The notes below the pieces were generated by a model that saw only the letters and a list, made by a program, of their open reading frames with translations, was not told where the DNA came from and searched no databases. Shown one piece after another: positions 1-12,317 of a stretch of 64,000 nucleotides of DNA. Every line of letters begins with the position of its first letter. Within the stretch, counting starts at the first letter, position 1. Position numbers and translations under genes: made by a program. Source of the DNA: Zygnema circumcarinatum SAG 698-1b (lineage: Eukaryota > Plantae > Zygnematophyceae); assembly GCA_037447605.1 (NCBI GenBank), contig CM074807.1, forward strand, positions 4,223,380 to 4,287,379, read 5' to 3'.

Positions 1-48
1 GTCAAGAACAAGCAAAGGGGGGCAATGGTTTCGGGATTTGAGGCGTAC

Positions 49-1598
49 CTGTAGTAGAGTCAGAGTCGCCCTCAAAGCTGTCGACTGCTTCTCATAGTAG
101 GTCACTTTTTCCTCTAGTTCAGAAATATAGCGGGTCTTCCTCTCCTTTGATCGAGCAGCCGATTGCCGGTTCGCAAGTATTCTGGAAACAATTGAAATGT
201 TACCACTAAAATGAGTGGGACACACGTTGCTCGCAAGTCGCAAATTAGGGCATGAAAATCATGTCGCAGAATTGTTAAAAATTGGGCAGAAACCAAAACT
301 GAAGACAATGCCTTACAAGATGACGCGCCAACCGGCATCGGCACAAGCCCACAAACCTGCGGTGTTCAAGTATACAGACCACAACCTGCCTACATATGCG
401 ATCAAGCCCGCATATTCCACGCACATGAGGGCCAGATGCTTCCCAAGGTCGGAACAGCTACGGGAACCTGCTTTCCTCCATTCAACTGTTCTTCTGACTC
501 GCTTCACCAAGCGCGCCCTAAAACGCGCCAGCCGCACTCTACGTACCTCTTAGCTCGCTTAGGGTCAATAAATTGAACGTCCTGTAGTTTCTTTCCCGCC
601 AGAACCTTCTTCACAGCCTCCTCTCCATCCATGTCATCCAGATTGTCATGAGTAGACGATTTGCCACCGCCATCAAAGTGACCTCTGACTCCACGCCTCT
701 CTTGAGGAGGACTCAAGGGATCCAGGGGCGAGCTGGGATTGAAGCCCGCCAGAAGGCCGTCGTCCACGGACAGGCTGCGGGTGTGCGAGGGCGTCCAGCT
801 GTGCCCGCCGCCGCCTCCACCCGCCGAGACCCCGTTCCCACCCCCGTCCGCACCACCCTCGCCATGGTGCCCTCCCGGGAGGTCGGCCCCCACCGGCCCC
901 AGCTCCGCCTGGAGGTCGGTCTCCCGCCCCCCCCCCAGGCCGATGAGGTGCGAGAGCAGCACGTCCCCGTTGTCGCGGTCGCCCTCGAAGAGAGCAGCGC
1001 CCTCCCGCGGCTCGAAGCGCCCGAGGCCGCCATGGCCATGGCCCTGCCCCTGTGCGTGCGCGTCGTCCAGCCCCGCCACGCTCAGCGTCTCGCTCTGCGA
1101 CCGCCGGTGGCCGCGCCGCCGCACGTTGTGCTCGGGCATCTGGCTGATGAGCGTGTCCGTCAGGAACCGCGCGCTGCCGGGTCCGCCGCCGCTCGAGCTG
1201 CCGCCCTGCGGAGGGCTGCGCAGCGCCCGCTTCCCCTCACTCATAGCCTGGGCCTGGGCCTGGGCATGGGCATGGGCATGGGCTTGGGCTTGGGCCTGGG
1301 CCTGGGCCTGGGCCTGGGCCTGGGCATGGGCCTGCGTCTGGGCCTGCCGGCTGGGAGACGTGCTCTGCTCCTGCACCGCCCCGTCCACAGCCAAAGAGCT
1401 TCCCGTCCTTACAGAAGTTTCGCTGATCGTTGGCGAGGAGTCAGCAGTGGTTCCGGAGAATGCAGCAGGGCTCTGATTGGACCTACAACCCATAAAAGGC
1501 ATTTGACGAACCTCTTCAGCGTCTGGAGGGTCCACCATATAGTGCCGCAGGGTCGCGACATACTGTGCGTACTGCGGACCTAATCCGGAGCTCTCCAT
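49..1598 (-). CDS. Group I bZIP transcription factor (VIP1/RF2a/PosF21-like), exons 1-2; gene continues off the left edge
   Basis: Exon 1 1598-547 (ATG MESSG... to DPKRAK-R, donor AG|GTACGT). Exon 2 181-49 (tttccag| ... CAG|GTACGC) gives [27 protein letters not shown]...LTLLQ, the group I bZIP basic region and zipper with the phase-2 intron in the Arg codon. HRRSQSE and HTRSLSVD are HxRSxS motifs; there is also a (QA/HA)n tract. Confidence 0.95.
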
Positions 1599-3412
1599 GG
1601 CCTCCTCCTCCTCCCCCCTCCAACCCTCGCACTCCCTCACTCTCTCCCTCTTCCCACCCTCTGTCCCTCTCTCCTCCCTCCGGCACGTCTACTCCGGGCG
1701 GCCAGCCGCGCGCGTAGATCCTCCCCGCGCAGCCATGGCGGCCGGTGGCGCTCTGCCCGTCCCGCGTCCCTCCCGCCCTCCCTCCCGTCCGTCCGTCCGC
1801 CGCCCGTCCGTCCGTCCGTGCGTCCGTCCGCGCCGGCCCGGCCCATTCATTGCGCCCCCCCCTCCGTTCCGCGGAACGGCCGCCTAACCGACCCCCGACC
1901 CGGCCCGTCCCGCGTAACTGCCCTGCCGCCCGTTCGCCCGCCCGCCCGCCTCCGCCCTGCGACTAGGGACGGCCGCACGTGCGGAAATAAACTTCTAGTT
2001 TGTCACTCATCGACTTTCAACAGGGTATTTTAAACGAATAAAATTATGCCCACTAATATTAAATAAATTGTAAATATGTACGGAACACGGGATGCATACG
2101 GCCCGTAGAAGTTGTGACAAAAGTCGGCGCTCGCCGCCAACAGTTGGCCGCACTTACTCACCATGGTGTGCGTCACTATGACATAGCATGACATCAGCAT
2201 ACAATTTTAAATAAATAAACCACCATTATTCAAAACTACTGGTTTGAAATAAAATTAAAGAAAAAATTAGTTTTACGGCCATCCCTACCGGCGACCCGCC
2301 GGAGCCGCCTCTCGCTTCCCTTGCCGTACGATACCGTACGCCACAGTACTTGTTCGTATATAGACAAGCATCCTCAAATAAGGTAATTAGCTTAAGTATC
2401 GTAAATAGCTCATTTAAGGGAGAAATTGACATTAATTTCTGGCATTTCTCCTTAAATACCACAAAGCCCTAAAAAGGCCCTTTTTTTGGTTAAAAAACGT
2501 AAAATGAATATGCATTGCACTCACAACAGCGATGTCATCACATGTCGGTGGACTCTACTTTTTGGCTTCACAACGTGGCGCTAAAAATTGGTGCAAACTC
2601 GTCAACTCTTACGAACTGGATTTTTACCAAACAGTAAAACACTTGTGCAGGTGGCAGTCACAACACATGGGTACGCACACATCGACCCGATTGCATCGAA
2701 GCTGTGCACATGTCATCCAGAAGGCTCCATCCCCATTTCCATCCAATCATGAATTACGCCAAATATGACCTTCTTAGAACCAATCATAGTCTACAAATCT
2801 ACTCTCTAAAACTAAATTCCAAACCATAACCTCCAACGTTTTGGGTTTTAGCCACCAAAAAAAAAATGGGAATTGAAATTGGAAATGAAATAAAAATTTG
2901 TTTTACTCCATTACTGCTGCTTCTAGGCTGAACAGGACGGCTCTAGAATTGCTGCAAGCTACTCACGAAAGATCTTCGAAAGGCATTCAAAGTGCCAAAC
3001 TGCTGCCTGCGATGAACAGTGCCTTCCAACGAAACGTTTGTCAATCCACGGGTTGAAACATTCATTGAACTCGCGATGGCGAGGCCATCAAATGTACATG
3101 GACAAAGGCAAAATGTGGAACCACGAAGGACTGGTCGCAAAGGACCGAAACACAATAAAACGAAGCTAGAGCGGAAAACTACGCCTAGGCACAACAACGC
3201 AGCCCTAGAAGCAGCCGCGAAGGTCACCGATATGATGTTTGTCAAACGCTTCCGAAACTCGACTCGACTTCCGCATCCATCCAAGTACTGAAGATTCTGA
3301 CTCGCCAGTCACATTTCTGGGTAGTGTGTATCCAAGGTCTTTACAAAAGTTTCGTAACATCGGAAAACTTCGGCGCCTCCTATTCTTCACAGGCGCAGTT
3401 CACGCTGAAAAA

Positions 3413-3694
3413 ACAGACAGGCCGACAGAGTCGGGCAGACAGGCAGACAGGCAGTCGGGCAGATAGGCAGACAGGCAGACAGGCAGACAGGCAGTCGGGC
3501 AGACAGGCAGACAGGCAGTCGGGCAGACAGGCAGACAGGCAGACAGGCAGACAGGCAGACAGGCAGACAGGCAGTCGGGCAGACAGGCAGACAGGCAGAC
3601 AGGCAGACAGGCAGTCGGGCAGACAGGCAGACAGGCAGTCGGGCAGACAGGCAGACAGGCAGACAGGCAGTCGGGCAGACAGGCAGACAGGCAG
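3413..3694 (+). repeat. Octamer tandem repeat of two unit types, GGCAGACA and GGCAGTCG
   Basis: About 35 consecutive 8-bp units, directly readable. Confidence 0.95.
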
Positions 3695-3853
3695 GCGCGT
3701 CACCAGGCCGGCCAGACAGGCAGCCGCGCCCCCCCCCCCCCCCCCGGGGAGTCCGAGGCAGGCCGGCAAGCCGGCTGCAATCATTCGGCCACTATCATTG
3801 TTTCGGACGTACATGCACGGCTGCTTTCGTACATACACTTATTTACGGATTTT

Positions 3854-4047
3854 GAGTCAGACCTTGACCATCGCTTACGAAATTCCCGAAGTCCTTTGTA
3901 CTAAAAGTCACTTCTTTCGTGTACGAATTTCGGTTCGGGATCCGCGGCTCCACCGAGCCCAGCCGTACCGAAAAGCGTACCTAGCCAATGCTTAATTCGC
4001 CCGACAGGCTTACGAAATTGATTTGGCGATGGTCGTCTGACTCCCCC
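3854..4047. mobile_element. MITE family A, copy A1 (left TIR lacks terminal G run)
   Basis: GAGTCAGACCTTGACCATCGC ... GCGATGGTCGTCTGACTCCCCC|TA. The interior is the reverse complement of A2 at 38918-40080 once the insertion in A2 is removed. Confidence 0.85.
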
Positions 4048-4612
4048 TATTTTAGGGGGGAACCGCTTATCTTAAGCCAATTACCTTATTTGAGATGCTG
4101 CCTGTCCGTATGCATACGCCCTTGTACTCCCTCCTCGCGACGTGCCTCACATCGGTGACCTTCGCGGCTGCTTCTAGGGGCTGCGTTGTTGTGCCTAGGC
4201 GTAGGTTTCCGCTCCTAGCTTCGTTTTATTGTGTTTAGGTCCTTTGCGACCAGTCCTTCGTGGTTCCACATTTTGCCTTTGTCCATGTACATTTGATGGC
4301 CTCGCCATCGCGAGTTCAATGAAAGTTTTCCCTCCCCTTGTACGAAATAGTACGAATAAGTACGGCTTAGTACGACTTCATACGGTGAACGGTGTCTGCG
4401 AGCCGCGCGGGGCGGCCGGCGGGGCCACTCGCGCCACGTGGCGCCTCGAGGGCTGCCGTTCGCTCGCGCGCGCCCGTCCGTACGTATTCGCACGTGTATG
4501 TCGTACATATGCAAGTGGGCGCGCGGTGGAGTCATCATGACCAGGTAACGTCACGGCCAGTGGGCCGGAAAACATGGCCGTGCGGCGGGCGGGCGGGCAG
4601 ACTCGCTGTGAC

Positions 4613-4706
4613 CGGACGGACGGACGGACGGACGGACGGACGGACGGACGGACGGACGGACGGACGGACGGACGGACGGACGGACGGACGGACGGACGGA
4701 CGGACG
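4613..4706 (+). repeat. (GGAC)n microsatellite; degenerate GGCAGACG/GGCG repeat follows at ~4917-5105
   Basis: Directly readable. Confidence 0.95.
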
Positions 4707-5421
4707 GGCGGGCGAGGCCGGCCGGGCCGACGCCATGATGGCCGCCCGCCGCCACGTGCGGGCCGGGACCGCCTTTGACCGCGCGGAAGGCAGCCGGATG
4801 GCGTCAGCATTCGCTCAGGAGGCGCGATTCTGCCGCTGCGGCCATACGAAACGTAAGGCCTGTACGGACAGCAGGGAGGCCGCCGTTCTGCTCGCAGGCG
4901 GCGCCGCGAAGGGCAAACGGGCAGACGGGCAGTCGGCGGGCAGGCGGGCAGACGGGCAGACGGGTAGTCGGGCAGACGGACAGATGGGCAGGCGGGACTG
5001 GCAGACGGGCAGACGGACAGATAGGCAGGCGAGCAGGTGGGCAGGCGGGCTGGCGGGCAGATGGGCAGGCGGGCAGGCAAGCAGATAGGCGGCGCTAGGC
5101 AGGCAAGCATTGGTACTGCAAACAGGGACGTCGATTCCCACGTGGGGTGGGGTCAGGAACATGCGGAACAAGGGTAGAGGGACTGACTGCACCCCCGACT
5201 GGTTCCCACAATGCACCCGCGTACGTGCGTGCCATGTGAAGCTGCGCATCCCAACAGAAACTCCCAAGGGAACGACAGAGGGGCATGTGGACACGACATC
5301 AGAGTAACACTGACAGCGGGGAAAGGGCCGCAAACAGCAGATGAGGCAATCCAAGATATCTAACATATATCGCAAATTCAAGACAGTGAATCTCTCTGCA
5401 ACACCATCTCCAATAAATCAA

Positions 5422-7021
5422 TCAATCATTTACTTCCCCTAAAGCACCACCAGTTTGGGAAGGCTTTGGCTTAGGAGGCGGGCGCTGGCGCTTGTTCATA
5501 GCCCTCTCGGCCTGCCCCCTGCATTTCTGGTCCCTCGAACCGACTCTGCTGAGGCTCAGCACCACCGCCCCCCCTGGCGGCCCGATCTCCACGCAGTCAT
5601 CCGCATCCAGCCCGCCGCTCGCTCTGGCCAGCAGCGCGCCGCCTGCTGCTGGCTGCGTCTCCAGCGCGGGGAAGTCTCGTCTCTCGCTAGACTCAAACGG
5701 CCGTTTCAATTGGCCGCTGCTGGAGGACTGCCCCCTCGACACCATCCCGGAATTCATCCCGTCGTGAAGTCGCCCGTTCGACCCCCGGGACACCCCTTCC
5801 CCCTCGCTCGCCTTCGGTGAAGCACTCTGCACCGCTGGGGCGGCCCTTAAGGGCCCTGTGGTTGCACCGGAAGGGCCCGTGGATGGCTCGGCATGTGCGG
5901 ACTTGCCCAGATTGGTGCCGAAGCCCCTGGACACTCTTGGCACCTTCATGGGTATGGGCGTGCCTGGACTTGGGCCCCCCCATCCCGTGATAAATACAAG
6001 TTCAGGAGAGTCGCGCTCCCCGATTCTGTGCGGCTCAGCCCTGACCTTAGTCTGGGCTACCGGCGAGTCCACCGCAGCTTGCCGAGCTGAGCCGTGGCCC
6101 ACATCCTCCACTGAGCTGTCTGGGAGGTGCGATGCCTTCTTCCCAGTTCCCCTCTTCTGAACCGCTTCCACATCATCTCCAACTCTCCTCTCTATCCTTT
6201 TGCTCTTGTCAGAAAAAGCTGCACCGTCTGAAATTGCTATTCCATCATCCTCTGTTGACTCTCTCGGATTATCTTCCAGATTTGTAAGTACTTGCGTTGG
6301 AGATGCATCACCATTTCTGCCGGCATCAGTACACTGTACAGCCAACACCTTCCGCACTCTTTCACCATTTCGAACTCCGGATTTCCCCTTAGTCCGTACA
6401 GCTTGTGGTAAATTGGGCGGTGGGAAACCAGAGCTTTTCATATAGCTTGTCGGAGCTGCATGCTTCAATTCCAACTCGCTTTCCTTGTGTCTCTCGCCAC
6501 CATTAGCCCACTGCGTTCCAGTAGCCAAAGTAGCCCCACTCCCAGCGCCAGCTCGAGAAGTGGGAACGGGAGGTATCCCTGTCTGGGAGAGGGCCTTGCT
6601 GCTCTGTCCCAAGTGCTTGAGCGAGGCCCGCTTACCCGTTCTCGGACCGGTTGTCGGCCCTGTTGGTCCGCCCGTCCGGGCAGGCCCTGCCCCTGCCCCT
6701 GCCCCTGCCCCTCCCCCGTCCCCAGAGTTGGCGGCAGCAGCTCTCCTCGCCGGGCTGCTCCTCGCCCCGTGGCTCTGACTAGGCGCACCTCCCGGGCCGC
6801 TGCGCTTTGCGTGGGGTGCCGCTCCCGTGGGGCCGTGCGAGCAGTCCTGCGGGCGCACACGCACACAGCGAAGACTCAGCGGAAGCGGGACACCCCGTTA
6901 ACACTATATGCTCACTGCAACAACTGCTGATGTATCCGCATAAGACGATACAGAGGGGCTTTCAGGACTCTGAAAAAACACTCCACACAGCATACGTTTG
7001 TAAGAGGAAGTGCGAGTCATC
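5422..7021 (-). CDS. Orphan ~510-aa low-complexity, probably disordered protein (exons 7021-6916 and 6846-5422); 5' end uncertain
   Basis: Stop-free 1425-nt frame preceded by cccgcag|GAC. A 69-nt canonical intron (GCA|GTGAGC...GCAG) joins it in phase to an upstream exon MTRTSSYK...SAVVA. No recognisable domain. Confidence 0.55.
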
Positions 7022-7137
7022 CTGTAGAATGTATAAAGGCAGTGCCTTTCTATCATAAAGTCTTAGTGGTCTGAGTGGGTGAAAACTTCAAAATATACAG
7101 TGACAATAGTGATAGTGATAGTAGTGATATAGTGATG

Positions 7138-7310
7138 AATAATAATAATAGTAATAATAATAATAATAATAATAGTGATCAATAGTGATGTAGACCTTCA
7201 GCATGACCACCTAACTAACATGTCAATAACCTCATTAGCTAATCACAGAAACGAGGGGGGAGAGGGAGGGGGGGGGGGGGGGGGGGGGGGNNNNNNNNNN
7301 GGGGGAGAAA
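7138..7310. repeat. (AAT)n at 7138-7173, then a poly-G tract interrupted by a 10-N assembly gap (7291-7300)
   Basis: Directly readable. Confidence 0.9.
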
Positions 7311-8248
7311 GAAGGAGAGAGGAGGGGTGGGAGCAGACAGAAACAAATGGCAATTAGACGTCAAGCTAAAGTGACATAAACATTTCGCAAACTCAGCTCA
7401 AAATCACAGACATTGTTAGGAAAGCCCCTTACAAAAGCAATCCAATACATAAACATTCAATTGGAACGCAAAAGTAAATTCCATTGATGTCAATCAATCA
7501 ATATGGAATCACAGGGCCTGAAGACATGCCATAGCCATTTCAATAAATTCACACAAAAGTTCCATATACCCCACGGATATGCGGCAAAGACATAGTTGCA
7601 AAGCGAGTATGTCGAACGCCCTACTTAGCAAGCTTTTGCAAAACTTAATATTGATAGACAAAAGGCCTTCTCGCACGTCCGTTGTGAATAACTAAGGAGA
7701 TAGCGCATGCAGCAAAAGCTTGTAGTCGCATGGCCAAGCATACGACCTTACTGAAAGGTGTTCCCTAAGAAAGACGACAAACAAGTAACGTGCAGCACTA
7801 TACCTTGCCAAAGTCATGCCTTGACTGAAGAAACAGCACTGTCATCCTCAAAAAACAACCAGTGAAGCACCATCCTGCTGCCTCTAAAGAAGAATACGAC
7901 GACCGTGGCGAACATGACAGGCAATATCAACCTGTCAGCGTAGATTAGCTCAACCAAGGTCATCATACTTCGGCAGGCAATTAGGACCTGACTGTTACCT
8001 AAACTTTACGAAGTGGGAAAATGCATGCAATCCCGAAACGACGAGAGGATCAACGTGATATCACTCAGCTTTAACTTCATGTCAAATGGACATCAAGTTA
8101 GGTGAAAACATTCTCATGGTACCTTGAGAAGATGACTGCTGAGAGTGACAGACATTTTCTGCATTCGATTCTCGGTAAGCCATATTACTACAGAATGAAA
8201 TATTTACCACACTTAGCATAAGATCTGAAGCTTCCCATAATGCCATAG

Positions 8249-10312
8249 TCAAGACATTCCCTGGTGCCGAGATATCACCTTCACTTCTTCGCCCAGGCTC
8301 TCCTCAGAAGTATTGTGCTCAACTTCAAAGCCACTCTTCAGAGAACCTTCAGGTGTTAACGATGGCGTCCTGTTCGGAGTGCGGTTTGCTCCGGTTGTCG
8401 CAGCACCTCCGGCGAGCGCTGAGGGAACTGGACTTGCCCGCTGCCTCCGCTGCTGAGCGGCACTCATATTCCGACTTGCCAGGCGGCTCGCGTTACGGCC
8501 CTGAGGAAAAAACGCCCGTCAAAGAAAAATGACGTTCACTCAAAAAAGTCTCCTTTTAAGGTGGAGGAAATGAATTGCAAAAGTGAGAAAATGGGCGGCA
8601 ACCATCTGAGGCAGTTTTGGAAACAAATAGGCTTACGCCTATGCTTCGCATCCTGCGATCTATGAGAAGTTGGTTAAGTAACCCCACCTTGCCCATGCAT
8701 TTTTCCAAATGTGGTGCATATCTCCCTGCAGTCACCATCCGACCACAATTGAGGCACTCAAAGGTTTCTGTTGCCACAGGTGGGTGACTTTGTCCAAAGA
8801 CATCAACAGTATATTTGCTGTTTTCAGAGGCCGTAAACGATGACTGTCCACATGGGTCAGCCAAAGCCGTTTCGTCGGTGTCGTTTGAATCAACAAGATC
8901 GTCCAATCCTAGCCTTGCAGCGCGATGAGACTCCGAAGCAACATCGACAATAAGTGAATCCAAAAGTTCTGCAAAGACAGCCACCGCCTGCAGCATAAGA
9001 CCCACACATTGTTCCAACAGGCATAAGCGACATAAACAATTAACGTCCGCATCCAACCATCCAGAAAATGCAAGACATGGGCAGCGAAAACTGCTATGTC
9101 ACATGAAATCCTGCGGACTTCAATTCGCCAAGTTCTAATAAATTCAAAGTAATCGCAAATGTGATATTTAAGTATTTTTCAACACAAAATAACGTCACAA
9201 TAAGGGGGTTCCTACACTATGTGTAGACAATAGGCCATACTAAACACAGCCAAAGTAGACATAGCAAAGCTGTGCAATGAGAGACGACCACCAAATTTCA
9301 ACGCTCAATGACAAGTTTAGAATATAAAAAATACCTTCAGACACTTGCTTTTACATGTACCCCTGGCAATCTGCAGTGCAAACGATAATGCTACTGATTC
9401 AAAAAAGGATCCAACGCAACTGTTGCACAAGTTTTCACTTAGCAGTCCTCAGGTTGGGACGCTCGTTTGGTACAGGTAACTAACTTTAGGCAACCGTTGA
9501 CAACAAACAGATGTGTTCCGCAAATGTAACACCTGATAGGTTTTTTCCGAAACTCAACTCTTTAACTTAGCGATCACACATACAACACATACATAACGAC
9601 AGTCCATGCTTTCAGCACTGTAAAAATATTCCATGCTTCCACCAAGTCAGTGTCCTGGTCATTTTGTAGATCAGACAAGGTGAGACATCAAACAGTGAAC
9701 AAGATTCGGCATATAGCGTGAAGCGATGAAACATTCTCTTTTTCCGAAAGGTGCGAATAATTAGTGAAGTAATGACGTCATTGAAAGGACAAAAAGAAGT
9801 CTGCCTGGGCGGGAGAAAGCATAAAGTCAACCGCAAGAAGGAGCAACACTTGCAGAAGTTAAACTTGGCAGCGACTGATACAACCTACACCTACACCACA
9901 TCATTCCCCCACAATAGTCTTGATAAATTCAGTGCCTGCCATCATTCAAGTAAATAAGCAAATCGAAACGTCCGCTGACACCAAACGATGTTGAATCCAT
10001 CTTCAAAACTGACCGTTACAGAACTCAACCAACAGCTTCGACTCGTCCGGCAGTCCCATGTCCAGCACCTGTGGATTACCGTTCAAGCACAGCTGGATAA
10101 TAAAAAAGAGGGGACCTCGCGCTTCCTGCTGCGCGGACTCGCTCGCGGCTCACCTGACCAGAGAGGCAGGAGCCGCCCAGCTTGGAAGCCAATGACGACA
10201 CACATTGCAGCTGTTGTTGGAGATGTTTAATTTCTTCACTGGATTTTCTTAATTGGCCCTGTAGCTCCTCATCAGATGCCCCTTGAGTTTTCTCATTCCG
10301 ATAATCGTTCAT
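8249..10312 (-). CDS. SGF11: SAGA deubiquitination-module subunit Sgf11 (core exon 8987-8688, next exon from 8500, probable 5' exon 10312-10154)
   Basis: VFAELLDSLIVDVASESHRAARLGLD...VDVFGQSHPPVATETFECLNCGRMVTAGRYAPHLEKCMGK|GRNASR matches the plant Sgf11 N-terminal helix and Cx2C..H..C zinc finger. Splice sites are canonical. Terminal exons are less certain. Confidence 0.9.
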
Positions 10313-10799
10313 TGTCCTTCATGTAGACCAGTCTCTCCCGGCAAAATTACGGAAAAAAACTGGTGGCGGTCGATAAAAAAGACTAGCCTGTTGAATAAAC
10401 TTCATGGATTCGGCAGTAAAAAATCTCAAATTTCAGAAGTTTTTTAAACCTAAGTTTATTGCCGTTCACACATCTGACTGCTCTATTTCGTAGACCCGAC
10501 TTGTAATTACTGTTCCTCTTGAGCAGGGACAGGCGGCATCAAAATTTCGCTCTTCCTGCTTTTATAGACCTACTCAACGTCTTCAGAACACATCCACATT
10601 ATCTGCCGTACTTTCCCGACGACTTACAGAGCTCCACTGGTAGGGTTCAGAACCTGACGGAGGCCGCCATGGCTGGGGCGCGGACCGCTCCGAGACAGGC
10701 AGCAGGAAGAGGGCGTGAGCTGGCGGCAACCCAGAAGCAGTACCCGCAGAGGCGAGCCCTCCGCCTCGTTGCAGTACTCCCTCCGTTCGCGGACACCCG

Positions 10800-11119
10800 G
10801 CATGGCATGGCATGGCATGGCACCATGGGGCCATGGATGAGGCCGGGCCGGCGCCAGGGCGGGCGGCGGGCGCACCGGCCGAATCGGCACCGCTGTTCCG
10901 TGTGCAGCGTGCTCCGTTCGCCGTGCGCCGTGGTCCGCGGGCATTCCGTGTTCCGCAGTCAGCGGCGCGCGTAACGGCCGGTCGTATGGCCGTACGGCCC
11001 GGGAGGTGTTAATACCGTACGGTACGGTACGGTACGGTACTCGTGGTTCCCGCATTCGCCTGTCATTCCGCCTGCGCCCCGGCCGCCCCGCCCCGCCCCG
11101 CCCCGCCCCGCCCCGCCCC
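10800..11119. repeat. Pentamer microsatellites (GGCAT)n, (GGTAC)n and (CCCCG)n in the GC-rich SGF11 upstream region
   Basis: Runs at ~10800-10822, 11020-11040 and 11086-11119. Confidence 0.9.
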
Positions 11120-11392
11120 GCTGCATGTCGTCTCACGCACGTGGCCAAGGCGCAGGCAGACGCCATGCCGTACACTCGCAGCGCATGGACCACCACACCC
11201 CGCACCGCCAACGTCTCTCGGTGGTAAAACAAAATACTCATCTGAAATTCTCAAAGAAAACCATGATTCAAACTCAGAGGCGGGTCCAGAATTTTACTTT
11301 CGAAAGGGCTGATAATCAAACTTAAACTTAAAGGGTATGGTGAGGTTTATGCCTATATGGTATGTATTTAAATTATGATTTGAAGTTGGAAT

Positions 11393-11527
11393 CCTTGTTT
11401 TCGCTCCTAGCTTTTTTCGTTTGTGCTTAGGTCGTTTGGGACCAGTCCCTCGTGGTTCCCCATGCTGCTTTTGTCCATGAACCTTTGATGGCCCCGCCAT
11501 CGTGAGTTCAATGCCATTTTCCTTCTC
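11393..11527 (-). repeat. Dispersed repeat D, copy 3 (diverged), flanked by the 14-bp direct repeat TTTGAAGTTGGAAT
   Basis: Aligns by eye to 4205-4340. Direct repeats at 11379-11392 and 11528-11541. Confidence 0.8.
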
Positions 11528-12075
11528 TTTGAAGTTGGAATACTAAATACCGTTTATTTTTTTTGGGGACAATTTCCAATTTGCTTACAAGGTCGAACAA
11601 ATTTATTAACATGTGTTTTCGATCATGGTGAATGTTGTACCCAACGGGCCCCTCGTCCGGGACTACTACACACATACACATAGTCCTCGTATTGTGAGGC
11701 TCTCTCTGCACTGTCCACTACATAGCCAACCCGCCCCTCCTAACCGATCCACTCATCGCACCCGCTCGCGCTGGGGAGGGCAGCGAGTCGTCCCGGGACT
11801 GCACCGCACTGCACTGCGATGTTCCGATCCCACTGTGCGGCGCCCGCCTGGCCGCCTGGCCGCCTGCCTGCCTGCCTGCCAGCCGGGCCTGCGGGCCGGC
11901 CGGCGCGCGCTCCGACGGGCGGGACCTGTGCGGCTGTGCGGCTGTGCGGCCCGCCCGGATTGGATTTTGACTTCGGGCCCGCACCCGGGGCCGGGAGGGC
12001 ACCACAACAAATTCATTCATTACTGTATTGTATTCGCCCCGCGACGTACGCCAGGACCGTCAGAACTACAGTACA

Positions 12076-12130
12076 GTACTGTACTGTATTGTACTGTACT
12101 GTACTGTACTGTACTGTACTGTACTGTACT
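12076..12130 (+). repeat. (GTACT)n microsatellite
   Basis: About 11 units, directly readable. Confidence 0.95.
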
Positions 12131-12317
12131 CAGAGGGCATACGGACAGCGGGCGGGCGGGCGTGCGGCCGGGCCTCTCCCTCCCTCCCTCTTCCCGCGGC
12201 ACGGCGCGTGCCAGAGAGAGAAAGGAGAGAGAGAGGCCCAGCCGGGCGGGCGGGCCCCACGCCGTGTCAGGCGGCCCGGCCGTCCGCCGTACGGCACGGT
12301 ACGGTACGGTGCAGGCC

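Larger units (their letters stand above)
3061..4323. repeat. Inverted repeat with ~170-bp arms (3061-3231 and 4151-4323), copies 1 and 2 of dispersed repeat D
   Basis: TTCATTGAACTCGCGATGGCGAGGCC...GGTCACCGAT recurs as its reverse complement with only a few mismatches. Confidence 0.9.

Noticed and set aside
3413-3694. CRISPR-like periodicity
   Set aside because: 8-bp units with no unique spacers, no cas genes, and a eukaryotic context.
3324-5110. ORFs with RQTG/RQAD, PSVR and DGRT repeats
   Set aside because: They are translations of stop-free microsatellites in several frames at once.
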